Notes under the pieces: generated by a model | Database searches by the model: none | Told to the model about the DNA's origin: nothing | What the model saw: the letters and a program-made list of their open reading frames with translations, nothing else | Made by a program: the position numbers and the translations under genes | From: a virus | Lineage: Duplodnaviria; Caudoviricetes | Length of the DNA stretch: 26,464 nt | IMG/VR virus record: IMGVR_UViG_3300020337_000015 | Span: 1 to 26,464 of that record | Strand: one strand, 5' to 3' | In this document: positions 25,461 through 26,464 of the stretch, one piece after another | How positions within the stretch are numbered: position 1 is the stretch's first letter | How the letters are laid out: every line of letters starts with the position of its first letter

Positions 25461-25709
25461 CTATGCGTCCGGGTCTATCGGTACCCAAACTTGATTTACT
25501 CCTGGTGGTATTGGGTTCCATGATATCACACTTACAGGGTTATTTGCAAGGTTAAATTGCTGTCCTGTTACAGGAACTGTTATAGGAAGAGCAATAGTAG
25601 TATTACCCACTGTAATATTTAATCTGTTTCCTGTTACAGCTACAGTAAAATCCTGTATGTAAGGACTTGAAAAAGGTGCTGCTGAAAATGAAGTTGATCC
25701 AAATAACAT
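25461..25709 (-). CDS. Short (82 aa) VTG-repeat structural protein
   Basis: Start moved to ATG 25709 (TAATG overlap): MLFGSTSFSAAPFS...VTGNRLNITVG...VTGQQFNL...WNPIPPGVNQVW. Confidence 0.75.
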   Translation of the reverse strand: MLFGSTSFSAAPFSSPYIQDFTVAVTGNRLNITVGNTTIALPITVPVTGQQFNLANNPVSVISWNPIPPGVNQVWVPIDPDA

Positions 25710-26464
25710 TACGGTGTCTGTATCCTTGTCCAAGTTTGTGAGACGCCTGGTACTACACCATCCCACTGTTTAACGTTAATACTAGTTGGAACAGCTATAT
25801 CTAATCCTGATCCTGTAGGTAAAACTTTAGCTTTTGCTAAAATAGTTACTGTTCCCGTTGATAAATTTTGTCTATTGGTTGTAACAATTACTGTAGCATT
25901 AGCTTTGGTTGTAACATTACCTATAGTTAAATCAAGTCTGCTTCCAGTAGTTGATATATTAGCATCTCCAGTGATAGTAACTGTACCACTATCTACATCA
26001 ACTTTTGTACCATTAGGTAATACAGTTGCTTTACCAATAATAGTTGGGTCTCCTGAATCCAGATTAACTCTTGATCCTGTAACCGGATACCTGAATGCGT
26101 AAGTAGGACTACCGGTATCAATATCTAATTCACTTCCAACTAATGCAACAACTGCTTCTGCAACAACAGATACATCTCCAGTATCTGCATTAATTCTTGA
26201 TCCCGTGACATCGTATTTAAATGCGTAAGTCGGTGTTCCTGTTGCAAAGTTAAATTGACTTCCTGTAGGAACTACATTTGCACCTGCAGTGATTGCTACT
26301 GTTCCTGTTCCAAGTTCTGTTGCAACACCTGTTACATCAACTCTTTGGTTGACTCTAATAACAACATTACCGATTGTGAAATTTAATCTGCTACCTGTTA
26401 CACCAAAATTAGCTGCACCAGATATACCAACTGTACCCGTTGATTCATTTAATCTTGAACCATT
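25709..26464 (-). CDS. Long VTG-repeat structural protein (partial, starts beyond window)
   Basis: Open frame from 26464 to TAA 25709-11: ~21-22 aa repeats (VTGSRLNFTIGNV, PTGSQFNFATG, VTGSRINADTG, TTGSRLDLTIGNV) ending KQWDGVVPGVSQTWTRIQTP. Not in ORF track. Confidence 0.85.
   Translation of the reverse strand, partial: NGSRLNESTGTVGISGAANFGVTGSRLNFTIGNVVIRVNQRVDVTGVATELGTGTVAITAGANVVPTGSQFNFATGTPTYAFKYDVTGSRINADTGDVSVVAEAVVALVGSELDIDTGSPTYAFRYPVTGSRVNLDSGDPTIIGKATVLPNGTKVDVDSGTVTITGDANISTTGSRLDLTIGNVTTKANATVIVTTNRQNLSTGTVTILAKAKVLPTGSGLDIAVPTSINVKQWDGVVPGVSQTWTRIQTP

Noticed and set aside
25875-26102. 75-aa plus-strand Val/Thr-rich ORF
   Set aside because: Mirror of the minus-strand repeat protein.
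1-26464. tRNA, integrase/att, DGR, alternative genetic code
   Set aside because: No cloverleaf, recombinase or reverse transcriptase motifs seen; long ORFs are intact under the standard code and all three stop codons end genes.

Overview
AT-rich, gene-dense segment of a tailed dsDNA phage. Gene content and composition resemble marine SAR11/Pelagibacter-type podoviruses, but this assignment is inference. Almost all genes are on the minus strand. From right to left there are virion/tail genes (25.4-26.5 kb repeat proteins, a fibre-like protein, a P22 gp10/tail-tube-B-like protein) and four putative internal/ejection proteins (13.7-22.0 kb). A lysis cassette follows (holin-like protein plus peptidase M15 endolysin), then a lone plus-strand SNF2 helicase driven from a palindromic divergent promoter. 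The replication operon comprises an SSB-like protein, AEP primase, PD-(D/E)xK nuclease, UvrD-like helicase, DUF3310 and a Leu762 family A DNA polymerase. The left end holds small membrane/exported, Zn-binding and regulatory genes. No capsid, terminase, integrase, tRNA or CRISPR array is visible. Four observations stand out: (1) a recurring [FYML]xxGG(-R-A-E-[YM]xxGG) motif in the internal proteins, together with a tape-measure-like 'EFVFT' module, suggesting a polyprotein processing or sorting system; (2) a 27-codon mini-ORF spanning two hairpins that appears to couple lysis-gene translation to the largest virion gene; (3) a palindromic two-way promoter switch; (4) long and short paralogues of a repeat fibre protein. 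Several real-looking small ORFs missing from the supplied track were added by manual translation.
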